Assembly (NCBI GenBank): GCA_964016885.1
Contig: OZ024747.1
Location: 11,842,001 to 11,906,000 of the forward strand
DNA length: 64,000 nt
DNA from: Eledone cirrhosa
Taxonomy: Eukaryota
Reading direction: 5' to 3'
Shown here: positions 43,101 through 56,232 of the stretch, piece by piece
How the letters are laid out: each line of letters starts with the position of its first letter
Numbering within the stretch: position 1 is the stretch's first letter
Notes under the pieces: generated by a model
The model's input: the letters and a program-made list of their open reading frames with translations, nothing else
What the model was told of the DNA's origin: nothing
The model's database searches: none
Program-made: the position numbers and the translations under genes

Positions 43101-46100
43101 TGTAGATGGATATATATATATGTATACATATATAAACTTATATATATATGTGTGTGTGTGTGTAGATGTGTAGATGGATATATATATATGTATACATATA
43201 TAAACTTATATATATATATATGTGTGTGTGTAGATGTGTAGATGGATATATATATGTATACATATATAAACTTATATATATATGTGTGTGTGTGTAGATG
43301 TGTAGATGGATATATATATATGTATACATATATAAACTTATATATATATATGTGTGTGTGTAGATGTGTAGATGGATATATATATGTATACATATATAAA
43401 CTTATATATATATTATGTGTGTGTGTAGATGTGTAGATGGATATATATATGTATACATATATAAACTTATATATATATATGTGTGTTTGTGTAGATGTGT
43501 AGATGGATATATATATATGTATACATATATAAACTTATATATATATATGTGTGTGTATAGATGTGTAGATGGATATATATATATGTATACATATATAAAC
43601 TTATATATATATATGTGTGTGTATAGATGTGTAGATGGATATATATATGTATACATATATAAACTTATATATATATATGTGTGTGTATAGATGTGTAGAT
43701 GGATATATATATGTATACATATATAAACTTATATATATATATGTGTGTGTGTGTAGATGTATAGATGGATATATATATGTATACATATATAAACTTATAT
43801 ATATATATGTGTGTGTGTAGATGTGTAGATGGATATATATATGTATACATATATAAACTTATATATATATGTGTGTGTGTGTAGATGTGTAGATGGATAT
43901 ATATATGTATACATATATAAACTTATATATATATATGTGTGTGTGTAGATGTGTAGATGGATATATATATATGTATACATATATAAACTTATATATATAT
44001 GTGTGTGTGTGTAGATGTGTAGATGGATATATATATGTATACATATATAAACTTATATATATATATGTGTGTGTGTGTAGATGTGTAGATGGATATATAT
44101 ATATGTATACATATATAAACTTATATATATATGTGTGTGTGTGTAGATGTGTAGATGGATATATATATATGTATACATATATAAACTTATATATATATAT
44201 ATATGTGTGTGTGTAGATGGATATATATATGTATACATATATAAACTTATATATATATATGTGTGTGTGTAGATGTGTAGATGGATATATATATGTATAC
44301 ATATATAAACTTATATATATATGTGTGTGTGTGTAGATGTGTAGATGGATATATATATATGTATACATATATAAACTTATATATATATATGTGTGTGTGT
44401 AGATGTGTAGATGGATATATATATGTATACATATATAAACTTATATATATATATATGTGTGTGTGTAGATGTGTAGATGGATATATATATGTATACATAT
44501 ATAAACTTATATATATATGTGTGTGTGTGTAGATGTGTAGATGGATATATATATGTATACATATATAAACTTATATATATATGTGTGTGTGTGTAGATGT
44601 GTAGATGGATATATATATGTATACATATATAAACTTATATATATATGTGTGTGTGTGTAGATGTGTAGATGGATATATATATATGTATACATATATAAAC
44701 TTATATATATATGTGTGTGTGTGTAGATGTGTAGATGGATATATATATGTATGCATATATAAACTTATATATATATATGTGTGTGTGTAGATGTGTAGAT
44801 GGATATATATATATGTATACATATATAAACTTATATATATATATGTGTGTGTGTAGATGTGTAGATGGATATATATATGTATACATATATAAACTTATAT
44901 ATATATATATGTGTGTGTGTAGATGTGTAGATGGATATATATATGTATACATATATAAACTTATATATATATATGTGTGTTTGTGTAGATGTGTAGATGG
45001 ATATATATATATGTATACATATATAAACTTATATATATATATGTGTGTGTATAGATGTGTAGATGGATATATATATATGTATACATATATAAACTTATAT
45101 ATATATATGTGTGTGTATAGATGTGTAGATGGATATATATATGTATACATATATAAACTTATATATATATATGTGTGTGTATAGATGTGTAGATGGATAT
45201 ATATATGTATACATATATAAACTTATATATATATATGTGTGTGTGTGTAGATGTATAGATGGATATATATATGTATACATATATAAACTTATATATATAT
45301 ATGTGTGTGTGTAGATGTGTAGATGGATATATATATGTATACATATATAAACTTATATATATATGTGTGTGTGTGTAGATGTGTAGATGGATATATATAT
45401 GTATACATATATAAACTTATATATATATGTGTGTGTGTGTAGATGTGTAGATGGATATATATATGTATGCATATATAAACTTATATATATATATGTGTGT
45501 GTGTAGATGTGTAGATGGATATATATATATGTATACATATATAAACTTATATATATATATGTGTGTGTGTAGATGTGTAGATGGATATATATATGTATAC
45601 ATATATAAACTTATATATATATATATGTGTGTGTGTAGATGTGTAGATGGATATATATATATGTATACATATATAAACTTATATATATATATGTGTGTGT
45701 ATAGATGTGTAGATGGATATATATATGTATACATATATAAACTTATATATATATATGTGTGTGTGTGTAGATGTATAGATGGATATATATATGTATACAT
45801 ATATAAACTTATATATATATATGTGTGTGTGTAGATGTGTAGATGGATATATATATGTATACATATATAAACTTATATATATATGTGTGTGTGTGTAGAT
45901 GTGTAGATGGATATATATATGTATACATATATAAACTTATATATATATGTGTGTGTGTGTAGATGTGTAGATGGATATATATATATGTATACATATATAA
46001 ACTTATATATATATATGTGTGTGTGTGTAGATGTGTAGATGGATATATATATGTATGCATATATAAACTTATATATATATATGTGTGTGTGTAGATGTGT

Positions 46101-47512
46101 AGATGGATATATATATATGTATACATATATAAACTTATATATATATATGTGTGTGTGTAGATGTGTAGATGGATATATATATGTATACATATATAAACTT
46201 ATATATATATATATGTGTGTGTGTAGATGTGTAGATGGATATATATATGTATACATATATAAACTTATATATATATATGTGTGTTTGTGTAGATGTGTAG
46301 ATGGATATATATATATGTATACATATATAAACTTATATATATATATGTGTGTGTATAGATGTGTAGATGGATATATATATATGTATACATATATAAACTT
46401 ATATATATATATGTGTGTGTATAGATGTGTAGATGGATATATATATGTATACATATATAAACTTATATATATATATGTGTGTGTATAGATGTGTAGATGG
46501 ATATATATATGTATACATATATAAACTTATATATATATATGTGTGTGTGTGTAGATGTATAGATGGATATATATATGTATACATATATAAACTTATATAT
46601 ATATATGTGTGTGTGTAGATGTGTAGATGGATATATATATGTATACATATATAAACTTATATATATATGTGTGTGTGTGTAGATGTGTAGATGGATATAT
46701 ATATGTATACATATATAAACTTATATATATATGTGTGTGTGTGTAGATGTGTAGATGGATATATATATATGTATACATATATAAACTTATATATATATGT
46801 GTGTGTGTGTAGATGTGTAGATGGATATATATATGTATACATATATAAACTTATATATATATGTGTGTGTGTGTAGATGTGTAGATGGATATATATATGT
46901 ATACATATATAAACTTATATATATATATGTGTGTGTGTAGATGTGTAGATGGATATATATATGTATACATATATAAACTTATATATATATGTGTGTGTGT
47001 AGATGTGTAGATGGATATCTATATGTATACATATATAAACTTATATATTTATGTGTGTGTGTGTAGATGTGTAGATGGATATATATATGTATACATATAT
47101 AAACTTATATATATATATGTGTGTGTGTAGATGTGTAGATGGATATATATATGTATACATATATAAACTTATATATATATGTGTGTGTGTGTAGATGTGT
47201 AGATGGATATATATATGTATACATATATAAACTTATATATATATGTGTGTGTGTATAGATGTGTAGATGGATATATATATGTATACATATATAAACTTAT
47301 ATATATATGTGTGTGTGTGTAGATGTGTAGATGGATATATATATGTATACATATATAAACTTATATATATATATGTGTGTGTATAGATGTGTAGATGGAT
47401 ATATATATGTATACATATATAAACTTATATATATATATGTGTGTGTGTAGATGGATATATATATGTATACATATATAAACTTATATATATATATATGTGT
47501 GTAGATGGATAT
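40158..47512. repeat. ~64-66-bp compound minisatellite, ~7.3 kb (roughly 110 copies)
   Basis: AGATGTGTAGATGGA(TA)nTGTATACATATATAAACT(TA)n(TG)n. Confidence 0.97.
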
Positions 47513-47775
47513 ATTTATATATATATATCTGAATTTATATATATAAGTGTGTCGAGATGAGTATATGTATACATATATATATATAGATATATATATATAG
47601 AGATATATATATATAAATAAATATACACGTGTGTGTATGATTGTGTATAGAAGATTATATTAATAAAAGGAATTCCAACTTTATCTGATTTACTCATTTT
47701 ATTTACAATCCTTTAAAATTTATAATGCTATTAGAATGAAATAGTATGGTAGAATATTAAATATTAAGTGTTAAT

Positions 47776-47814
47776 TCAACAAGTACTTTCATGCTTTCGC
47801 AATCTTCAGGTTCA
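47776..47814 (-). ncRNA. Second, slightly degenerate hammerhead motif (other arm of the palindrome)
   Basis: Minus strand reads TGAAC-CTGAAGA-TTGC(GAAA)GCAT-GAAA-GTAC-TT-GTTGA; one mismatch each in stems I and II. Confidence 0.65.
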
Positions 47815-47870
47815 TATTCTGTGGTGACAGTCAAGTTGAAAATTGCAAACTTGATTGTCACCACACATTA

Positions 47871-47909
47871 TGAACCTGAAGAATGCGAAAGCATGAAAGT
47901 ACTTGTTCA
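47871..47909 (+). ncRNA. Minimal type I hammerhead ribozyme motif (Penelope-associated type)
   Basis: TGAAC-CTGAAGA-ATGC(GAAA)GCAT-GAAA-GTAC-TT-GTTCA: perfect 5-bp stem I, 4-bp stem II with GNRA loop, complete core, palindromic short stem III. Confidence 0.8.
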
Positions 47910-48789
47910 ATTAACACTTAACATTTAATATTCTATCATACCATTTCATTCTAATAGCATTATAAATTTTAAAGGATTGTAAATAAAACGAGTAAATCAG
48001 ACAAAGTTGGAATTCCTTTTATTAACATATATATATACATATATTTATATATATATATTTATATGTGTGTGTGTAATGTAATTCTAATGAAGCAAAATGA
48101 AACAGTGAAGAAACTACATCAATTATCGCACATGCTCACATAAAGGGACAAAGATAAAGGGACAAAGATACGGGGACAAAGATATAGGGACAAAGATCAA
48201 AGGGTAAAGAAAATTATTTATTTATAGAATTGCTCCATCTCTAAGGGGTACAAATTCTAGTTCACAGTCAATCCTGAGCACACACTCACACACACACACA
48301 CACACATAAATATATTTACTTTAAATAAATGCTGCAAAAATATTTATCTTAATAATGATTTCTAGTATAGGCACAAGGCCAGCAATTACCCAGTGCATTA
48401 CTGGTACTTTATTTTATCGACCCCGTAAGGATGAAAGGCAAAGTCAACCTTAATAATGATTTCTAGTATAAGCACAAGGCCAGGTATCCATCTTTATAAT
48501 CAAAACACAACTAACTCTTTGCAAAAACCTTTGAATAGATAAACATTATTATTAATGTTGTTATTGTTTTGTTGTAATAAGCATTATTTTCCTCGTTATT
48601 GTCATGTTAAATAATAATTATGGGGTAATAATGATAATTATTATATCTGTTATCAATATTTGTATTATTATTATGAATTTCTCTTCCGGTACCAAACAAA
48701 ATAAAACGTCCATGTTTTCAGTGATGCATGTGCATATATATATATATGTGTATATATATATATATATATATGTATATGTATATATATAT

Positions 48790-48828
<39 letters not shown>

Positions 48829-48877
48829 CATATATATATACACATATATATACACACACACATATACACATATATAT

Positions 48878-48921
<44 letters not shown>

Positions 48922-49600
48922 TTATATATATATAAATATATATATACAAATGTTTATAGTATCTTTACTGGTGAACAGATCTTTGTGAAAATTTGCACTA
49001 AACTAAAGACTTTTAATGTGCTGCTAATGTGGTTTCATGTGGTACAGGACATTAAAAGTTAAGGTTATATATAACATGAGGGGTAATATAACAAATGTGT
49101 ACTATATTGTTATATTCTAGATTGGTAGTGTTGATTAACTGTGAAAATATTTTGACTAGGGAGTAAAGTGTAACTCAATTTGAATTATTGTCATTATATC
49201 TGAAGAATGTATGAGGACATAAATATACAAAGATGTATGTACCATATATACATGGAGGCACATGGCTTAGTGGTTAGAGCATTGGCCTTGCAATCGAAAG
49301 GTTGTGAGTTCAATTCTCAGACCGGCTGATGTGTTGTTTCCTTGAGCAAGACACTTTATTTCACATTGCTCCATTTTACTCAACTGTAGAAATGATAGGG
49401 ACCCCAGTCCCTATCATTCCACTGAAAAGTGGTCGTGGAGGTGCCACAGCAAAAAGGCACCCAGCATTCACTGTAAATGAGGTTGGTGTTAGGAAGGGCA
49501 TCCAGCTGTAAAAATCAAGCCAGAATCAGTTCCCGTCCCACCCTTGCAAGCAGGGAAAAAGCGGACGTAAAATGAAATGATGATGATGATGATGATATAA

Positions 49601-49811
49601 ATTGTTATACTTTGGGAGGGTCATGCTAACAATAAAAACTCACCAATAAACACACACATGTTGGTTTTCGCTTTAATTTATTATAAACTTCCAGTTGGTT
49701 AGTTTAATAACTGGATGGTTGTATATTTGTTGATTGTCAAATAAATTGAAGTGAAAACCAACAAGTGTGTGTGTGTTTATTGGTAACATGGCCCTACCAA
49801 AGTATAACAAT
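49601..49811. repeat. Imperfect palindrome
   Basis: ATTGTTATACTTTGG...ACCAATAAACACACAC...TTGGTTTTC pairs with GAAAACCAA...GTGTGTTTATTGGT...CCAAAGTATAACAAT. Confidence 0.8.
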
Positions 49812-51449
49812 ATCTGTTTCAACACTCATTTTCAGATAAGAAATCTTGCAAAACAAATACAAAAATGAAGTACATGCATATATATATATATATATATCAT
49901 CATCATCATCATCATTTAACATCCATTTTCCATGCTTGCATTGGTTGTCACATTTATGAGACATGTCAAGTCAGGAGACCATATCTTGCTCATACAGATA
50001 CATCTTGCTGATGGTATATGATTCCATTATCATCATTTTACATCCATTTCCTATGCTGGCATGGGTTGGATAACCATATCTTGCTCATATGTTCCATATT
50101 TTAGCATGGCTTCTACAGCTGGATGCCCCTCCTTACACCAACCACTTTACAGAGTTTACTGGGTGTATTTTATCATGGCAACAGCACTAGAATTGTTATC
50201 TTAAACATGGCCAGACTGAAGAGTCAGTCCTCTTTAACGTATCATGTCTCTCTTTAATTACTAACTATTTTAGAATGTACTGGTTCCACTATTTCATTGC
50301 ATCAACACTAGAGACGTTGTCAAATCCCTGACAAGACTAAATTGTCTTCTCTGCCCTATAATGTCTTAATAGTTTTAAAAACATTCCTCTTTTATGGTTA
50401 CCTCTATTTAGAGATTAAAAACAGAAGTCTTTAGTATTCCTCTGACAGTTAAGTAAAGTGAAATACTGTAAAAAATGCAATGCAACACTTTTGCAGATTT
50501 CACTTGATCCCTGAATAGATTGTCTTATAAATAATCCATTCTATCATCTTACATAGAGCAGAGCAAGTTTAAGATAATCTCTACTGGTATATGTGACCTT
50601 ATATCAAATAACGTCTTTATTGTGTAGGGGCACAAAAGGAAGCTAGTTGTGTGAAAGATATACGTTGGTGATCTACATAATAAATACACCCAGTGCACCG
50701 TGTAAGGTGGTTGGGATAGGAAAGGGATCTAGTTGTAAATACCTACCCCCAAAAAGGTACTCTTTATTTGTATCAAAGAAATGACAACCTCCCTGGTGCT
50801 GGTGCTATGACAAGATGCATTCAGTAGAGCATACATAGGGGCATATGTGTGATGCAGATCCTGGGCCCATCTGAAAGGTCAGTGGTACCACTTAAGTACT
50901 GATTTGATCTGCAAAGACCTGTTCAACCCTTTCTAGCTGGGAAGGCAGATGTTAGATGATGATGTGTCAGATGAATTTGGCTATCAACTGAATTAATTTC
51001 AAAGGCTTTCAGTATACACTGTAAAGTGGTTGGCATTAGGAAGGGCATCCAGTCATAGAAACCAAGCCAAAAATGTAACATATGAGCATAATATGTTTAC
51101 CTGACTTGTCTAGCCTCAGTTCATTACATGTCTAACCCATACATACATGGAAAATAGACATTAAACAGAGATGATGTTGATGTGATATTCATACATAAAA
51201 TACGTTAATACAATATATATGTATATATAAGATATACTGTAGATACTCAAATATAAGCCAACCCTCTTTTTATTATGTCTGAGAAATGGACAAAAATCCA
51301 AACCCTGTTTATAAGCCAAGGCAGATAAACAACACACTATGGCGCTGTTTTGAAATTTTTTTGAGTGGAGAAAATATTTACAAAGTTTTAATATTTTGGT
51401 ATTTCAAATGTTTTTAAGTGTTGTTTAAAAGGATAAGGATTCAGAGTAA

Positions 51450-51970
51450 AAGGGAGAGGAAGAGACGGCAAGTGAGAGAGAGAGAGAGGTGAGGTGAGAG
51501 AAGGAAGAAAGAGAGAAGAGAGGTAAGAGACAGAAGAGAGAGAGAGGAGAGGTGAGAGATGGAAGAGAGAGAGAGGGGAGAGGTGAGAGAAGGAAGAGAG
51601 AGGAGAGGTGAAAGAAGGAAGATAGAGGAGAGGTGAGAGAAGGAAGAGAGAGAGAGGAGAGGTGAGAGAGAGAGAGGGGAGGTGAGAGACAGAAGAGAGA
51701 GAGGTGAGAGAGAGAGAGGAGAGGTGAGGCAAGCGCAAGAGAAGGGGGAGGAAGAGAGAGGGGAGAGAAGGAAGAGAGAGAGGGAGGCGAGGCAAGAGCG
51801 AGAGAAGGGGGGGGGGGGAGAGGAGAGGTGAGAGCGAGAGAAGGGGAGGAAGAGAGAGAGAGGAGAGGTGAGCGAGAGAGAGAGGAGAGGTGAGAGAAGG
51901 AAGAGAGAGAGAAAGACAGAGAGGAGAGGCAAGAACGAGAGTGAGAGAAGGGGGAGGAAGAGACAGCAAG
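51450..51970. repeat. GA-rich low-complexity tract
   Basis: GAGAGGAGAGGTGAGAGAAGGAA-type units. Confidence 0.9.
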
Positions 51971-52214
51971 TGAATGAAATAAAACAAAACAAGATAAAAA
52001 AAGGTGTAATTACGTAAGTCAAAGAGAAAAATAGTTGGTGTACATTTGTTTATGTATGTGTGTGTATACATGTGTGTGTGTTTATGTGTGTACATGCATG
52101 TGTGTTTATGTGTGTGTGTGTGTATTTATGTGTGTGTGTGTGTGTTTATGTGTGTGTGTGTGTGTTTATGTGTGTGTGTGTGTGTTTATGTGTGTGTGTG
52201 TATGTGTGTGTACA

Positions 52215-52246
<32 letters not shown>

Positions 52247-52514
52247 TGTGTTTATGTGTAGAGGATTTTTTATGTATTAAAAAGTTCAAATAAAACTTTG
52301 TGGCAATGTTTTAGAAACAATGTATAAATACAACTCATAACGATATAGTTAATGTAGAAAAAACTGTTTCATGGTGAAATAATCACTCCAAGTATTTTAA
52401 CACCTTATTTACGTAGGATTTAAAGTTAGGGAAAATCTCTGAATATAAACTGATCGCCCCATTATTTTGGGGGGTGGGTCACATATTCCATGGCTTATAT
52501 TCAAGTATATACGG

Positions 52515-53160
52515 TATATACATTTATATATCATATACAATACACATATACATTTATATAATATATACAATACACATATACACTGTATATCATATACAAA
52601 ACACATATACACTGTATATCATATACAAAACACATATACACTGTATATCATATACAAAACACATATACACTGTATATCATTTCCAAAACACATATACACT
52701 GTATATCATATACAATACACATATACACTGTATATCATATACAAAACACATATACACTGTATATCATATACAATACACATATACACTGTATATCATATAC
52801 AAAACACATGTACACTGTATATCATATACAAAACACATATACACTGTATATCATATACAATACACATATACACTGTATATCATATACAAAACACATATAC
52901 ACTGTATATCATATACAATACACATATACACTGAATATCATATACAAAACACATATACACTGAATATCATATACAAAACACATATACACTGAATATCATA
53001 TACAAAACACATATACACTGTATATCATATACAAAACACATATACACTGTATATCATATACAATACACATATACACTGTATATCATATACAAAACACATG
53101 TACACTGTATATCATATACAAAACACATATACACTGTATACCATATACAAAACACATATG
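52515..53160. repeat. 29-bp minisatellite
   Basis: Unit ATATACACTGTATATCATATACAAAACAC, ~22 copies. Confidence 0.95.
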
Positions 53161-53338
53161 CTGTAAATGTGGTCGGTGTTAGGAAGGGCATCCAGCCATA
53201 AAAACCTAACCAGAAACAATTCTGTATGAGCAAAACATAGTCACTTGATCTGACTTGTCTCGCAACAGGACAACTTGTCTAACCCATGCTAGCTTGGAAA
53301 ATGGACGTTAAACGATGATGATGGAATCTGTGTGAGTG

Positions 53339-53412
<74 letters not shown>

Positions 53413-53452
53413 TGTGTGTATATATGATATGTGTATGTATATATGTATATAT

Positions 53453-53500
<48 letters not shown>

Positions 53501-53561
53501 ATATGTATATGTGTATGTATATATGTATATGTGTATGTATATATGTGTATATGTGTATGTA

Positions 53562-53604
<43 letters not shown>

Positions 53605-54349
53605 GGATATATATGTATATGTGTATATATATATATACAATTACGATGAATGACAATGATCATAACTATATCATTCTTACACACACCTATATGTAACAAA
53701 TGTCTGTATTTCATTGATTAATGACCATATATGGTGTCATGTAATGTATGTTTATATTTCACTGAATAATGACCATATACGGTGTCATATGTAATGTTAT
53801 GACCATATATGGTGTCATATGTTGGAGATTATATTTTATTAATACTTGATACAATTCCCAGCCGAAACTTATTTCAGACACTTAATGTTTATAAGCCATC
53901 CATCCATAGGTTTTTAACTTGTGATGAAGCTGTAGGAGTGCTATTTTAACATATGGTGTGTTTTAGGCATTTTAAACCTCGTGGGGGGTCATCTCTTCTC
54001 CAGGTTGGAGTGAGAGGGAGAATCATCAACCCCAGTATTAAACTGGTACTTTAATGACTTTGAAAGAATGAAAAGAAAAGTGGGCTTTGGTGGGATTTGA
54101 ACTCAGAACGAAGCAAAGAGTCATAACAAATACCACAAAGCTTTCTATCTGACATTTTAACAACTGTATCCCTTTACCATCCAGTGGCAATAATACTCCA
54201 GAGAAATTCCTGAATTGTGCTAATATACATCATATATTGTATTAGGGGGAGGGGTTTCAAGATGTACCTTTATTTTGAAGAAAAAGGTTCTTGAGAAAGC
54301 TTCATAGAAGTATTTAAGAATTACTATTTTTTGTTTGTTTTTTTTGTAT

Positions 54350-54620
54350 AGGCATGGAGATTATTAAATGTGGCAACTTCATTTAAGTATAAAGTGTATA
54401 TGGATGGAGTTAGAGACGGAGAGAATGTTGAGATGTATGTTGGTAATGGTGTGAAGAGATTATTAAATAATGTGGCAGCTACATTTAAGTGTAAAGTATA
54501 TATGAAGGGAAGATACAGACAAGTGTTGAGTTGTATGTTGGTAATGGTGTGAAAGGTATATTAAATAATCTGGCAGCTACATTTAAATGTAAAATCTGTA
54601 TAGAGGAAGTTTATAGATGG
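54350..54620. repeat. Diverged ~100-bp tandem repeat (~2.5 copies)
   Basis: ATTAAAT(AAT)GTGGCAGCTACATTTAAGTGTAAAGT...TGTATGTTGGTAATGGTGTGAA recurs. Confidence 0.75.
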
Positions 54621-55226
54621 AAACTGCAGAAACCCATCATAAATATATGTATGTATGAGTTCATGCTTGTGTTTACGTTTGAGTCTGTGTTTATGTCCTA
54701 TAACTTAGAGGTTCAACAAATAAGGGATTGATAAGCACCAGATATGAAATAATAAATACTGTGGTTAATAGTGTCTACTAAATCAAGGTGATACCCCTGC
54801 GTGGCTGTGGTTTAGTGACTGAAGCCAGTAAAAGAGTATGTTTCTATATGGCAAGTATTTCTTCCAGCTGTCTGAGTTCAAATCCCACCAAGATCAACTT
54901 TACCTTTCATCTATTCAAGTACCAATTCAGTACTAGGATCAATTCTTCCTCTCTATTCACTTCTCAGGAAGAAACCTGCTATGCTCAGACCTGGAGAGGG
55001 ATGGGCTCTGCTAAACACACCGCAAAAGTTATAAATGTTTCTGGTGAAATATTTGTACCAATTTTATTAACACTGTCGCTTCTCATTTAAGATAGCCATT
55101 TTACCTTGCAAAATTATGGAAATATATTTTTCTTGTTTAAAGGAATGCCATATCCTAACTTAGTTATCTTCACTACCACCTCCCTTACATTCATGTTTGA
55201 TGTACCGAATTATGTGTGTGTATGTC

Positions 55227-55278
<52 letters not shown>

Positions 55279-55286
55279 TGTATGTA

Positions 55287-55456
55287 TGAGGGGGTGCTGA
55301 AAAGTTCCTGGCTTTGGGTAAAAGAAAATACGGGAGGATCTGTTAATTATGATTTTATTAAACATATTCCCCTCTCAGACATATTGGAGCGATCCTTCAG
55401 TTTTTCTAAACCCTGTAAAAAGAACTCGGAAGTTTGGGCCTTTCAGCACCCTCCTG
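55287..55456. mobile_element. Tc1/mariner-type MITE
   Basis: TA|TGAGGGGGTGCTGAAAAG...CTTTCAGCACCCTCCTG|TA. Confidence 0.65.
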
Positions 55457-55485
55457 TATGTATGTATATGAATACATATATATAC

Positions 55486-55523
<38 letters not shown>

Positions 55524-55874
55524 ATGAATACATACATATATGTATTATATGTTTGTGAATATGTATATACAATGAGTGTTCTAGTTGATACAATCAATGG
55601 AACAGCCTGCTCATGAAATTCGCGTGCAAGTGGCTGAGCATTCCACAGATATGTGTACCCTTAACATAGTTCTCAGGGAGATTCAGCATGACACAGGATG
55701 TGACAAGACTGGCCGGCCCTTTGAATTACAGGCACAAGTTGTTATTGCCAGTTGAGTGCACTGGAGCAACATAAAATAGAGTGTCTTGCTGAAGGGTACA
55801 ATGCGCTGCTGAGAATTGAACTCAAGACCTTACGATCGGAAGCCAAATACTCTAACCACTCAGCCACATGTCTG

Positions 55875-55907
<33 letters not shown>

Positions 55908-56017
55908 GTGTGTTTAATTACTTCTCTGGGTTGATAATTTACTAATATATCTTATACTTTCATTGAGATGTCTAAATATTAGAGACATTTAACTTTTTAA
56001 TTTGATATATATATATA

Positions 56018-56146
56018 TTTAATATAGAGATGGATTCTACAGGACTAGAACTGTTTCATTCGAGAGGAAAACATCAGGGCTTTTTTCCTGATGATTTCCT
56101 TCGAATGAAACAGTTCTAGTCCTGTAGAAGCCATTTCTATATTAAA
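56018..56146. repeat. 129-bp palindrome with partial hammerhead-like core
   Basis: TTCTACAGGACTAGAACTGTTTCATTCGA pairs with TCGAATGAAACAGTTCTAGTCCTGTAGAA; CTGATGA at 56088, GAAA at 56107. Confidence 0.85.
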
Positions 56147-56232
56147 CATTTATACTCTACTCTGTATTGAGTACCTTACTTACTGTGGTTACCCCCGATT
56201 GAACCCGGGACACACACACACACATATATAGA

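Larger units (their letters stand above)
47660..48025. repeat. 366-bp near-perfect palindrome (probable inverted Penelope-like terminal repeat remnant)
   Basis: TTAATAAAAGGAATTCCAACTTT... pairs with ...AAAGTTGGAATTCCTTTTATTAA, centre near 47842; each arm carries a hammerhead motif. Confidence 0.9.

Noticed and set aside
40026-46876. Dozens of YI/CV/HT-rich ORFs here and throughout the window
   Set aside because: Translations of (TA)n/(TG)n repeats.
49200-49235. CTGAAGA-ATGT...ACAT
   Set aside because: The essential G12 of GAAA is absent and there is no credible stem III.
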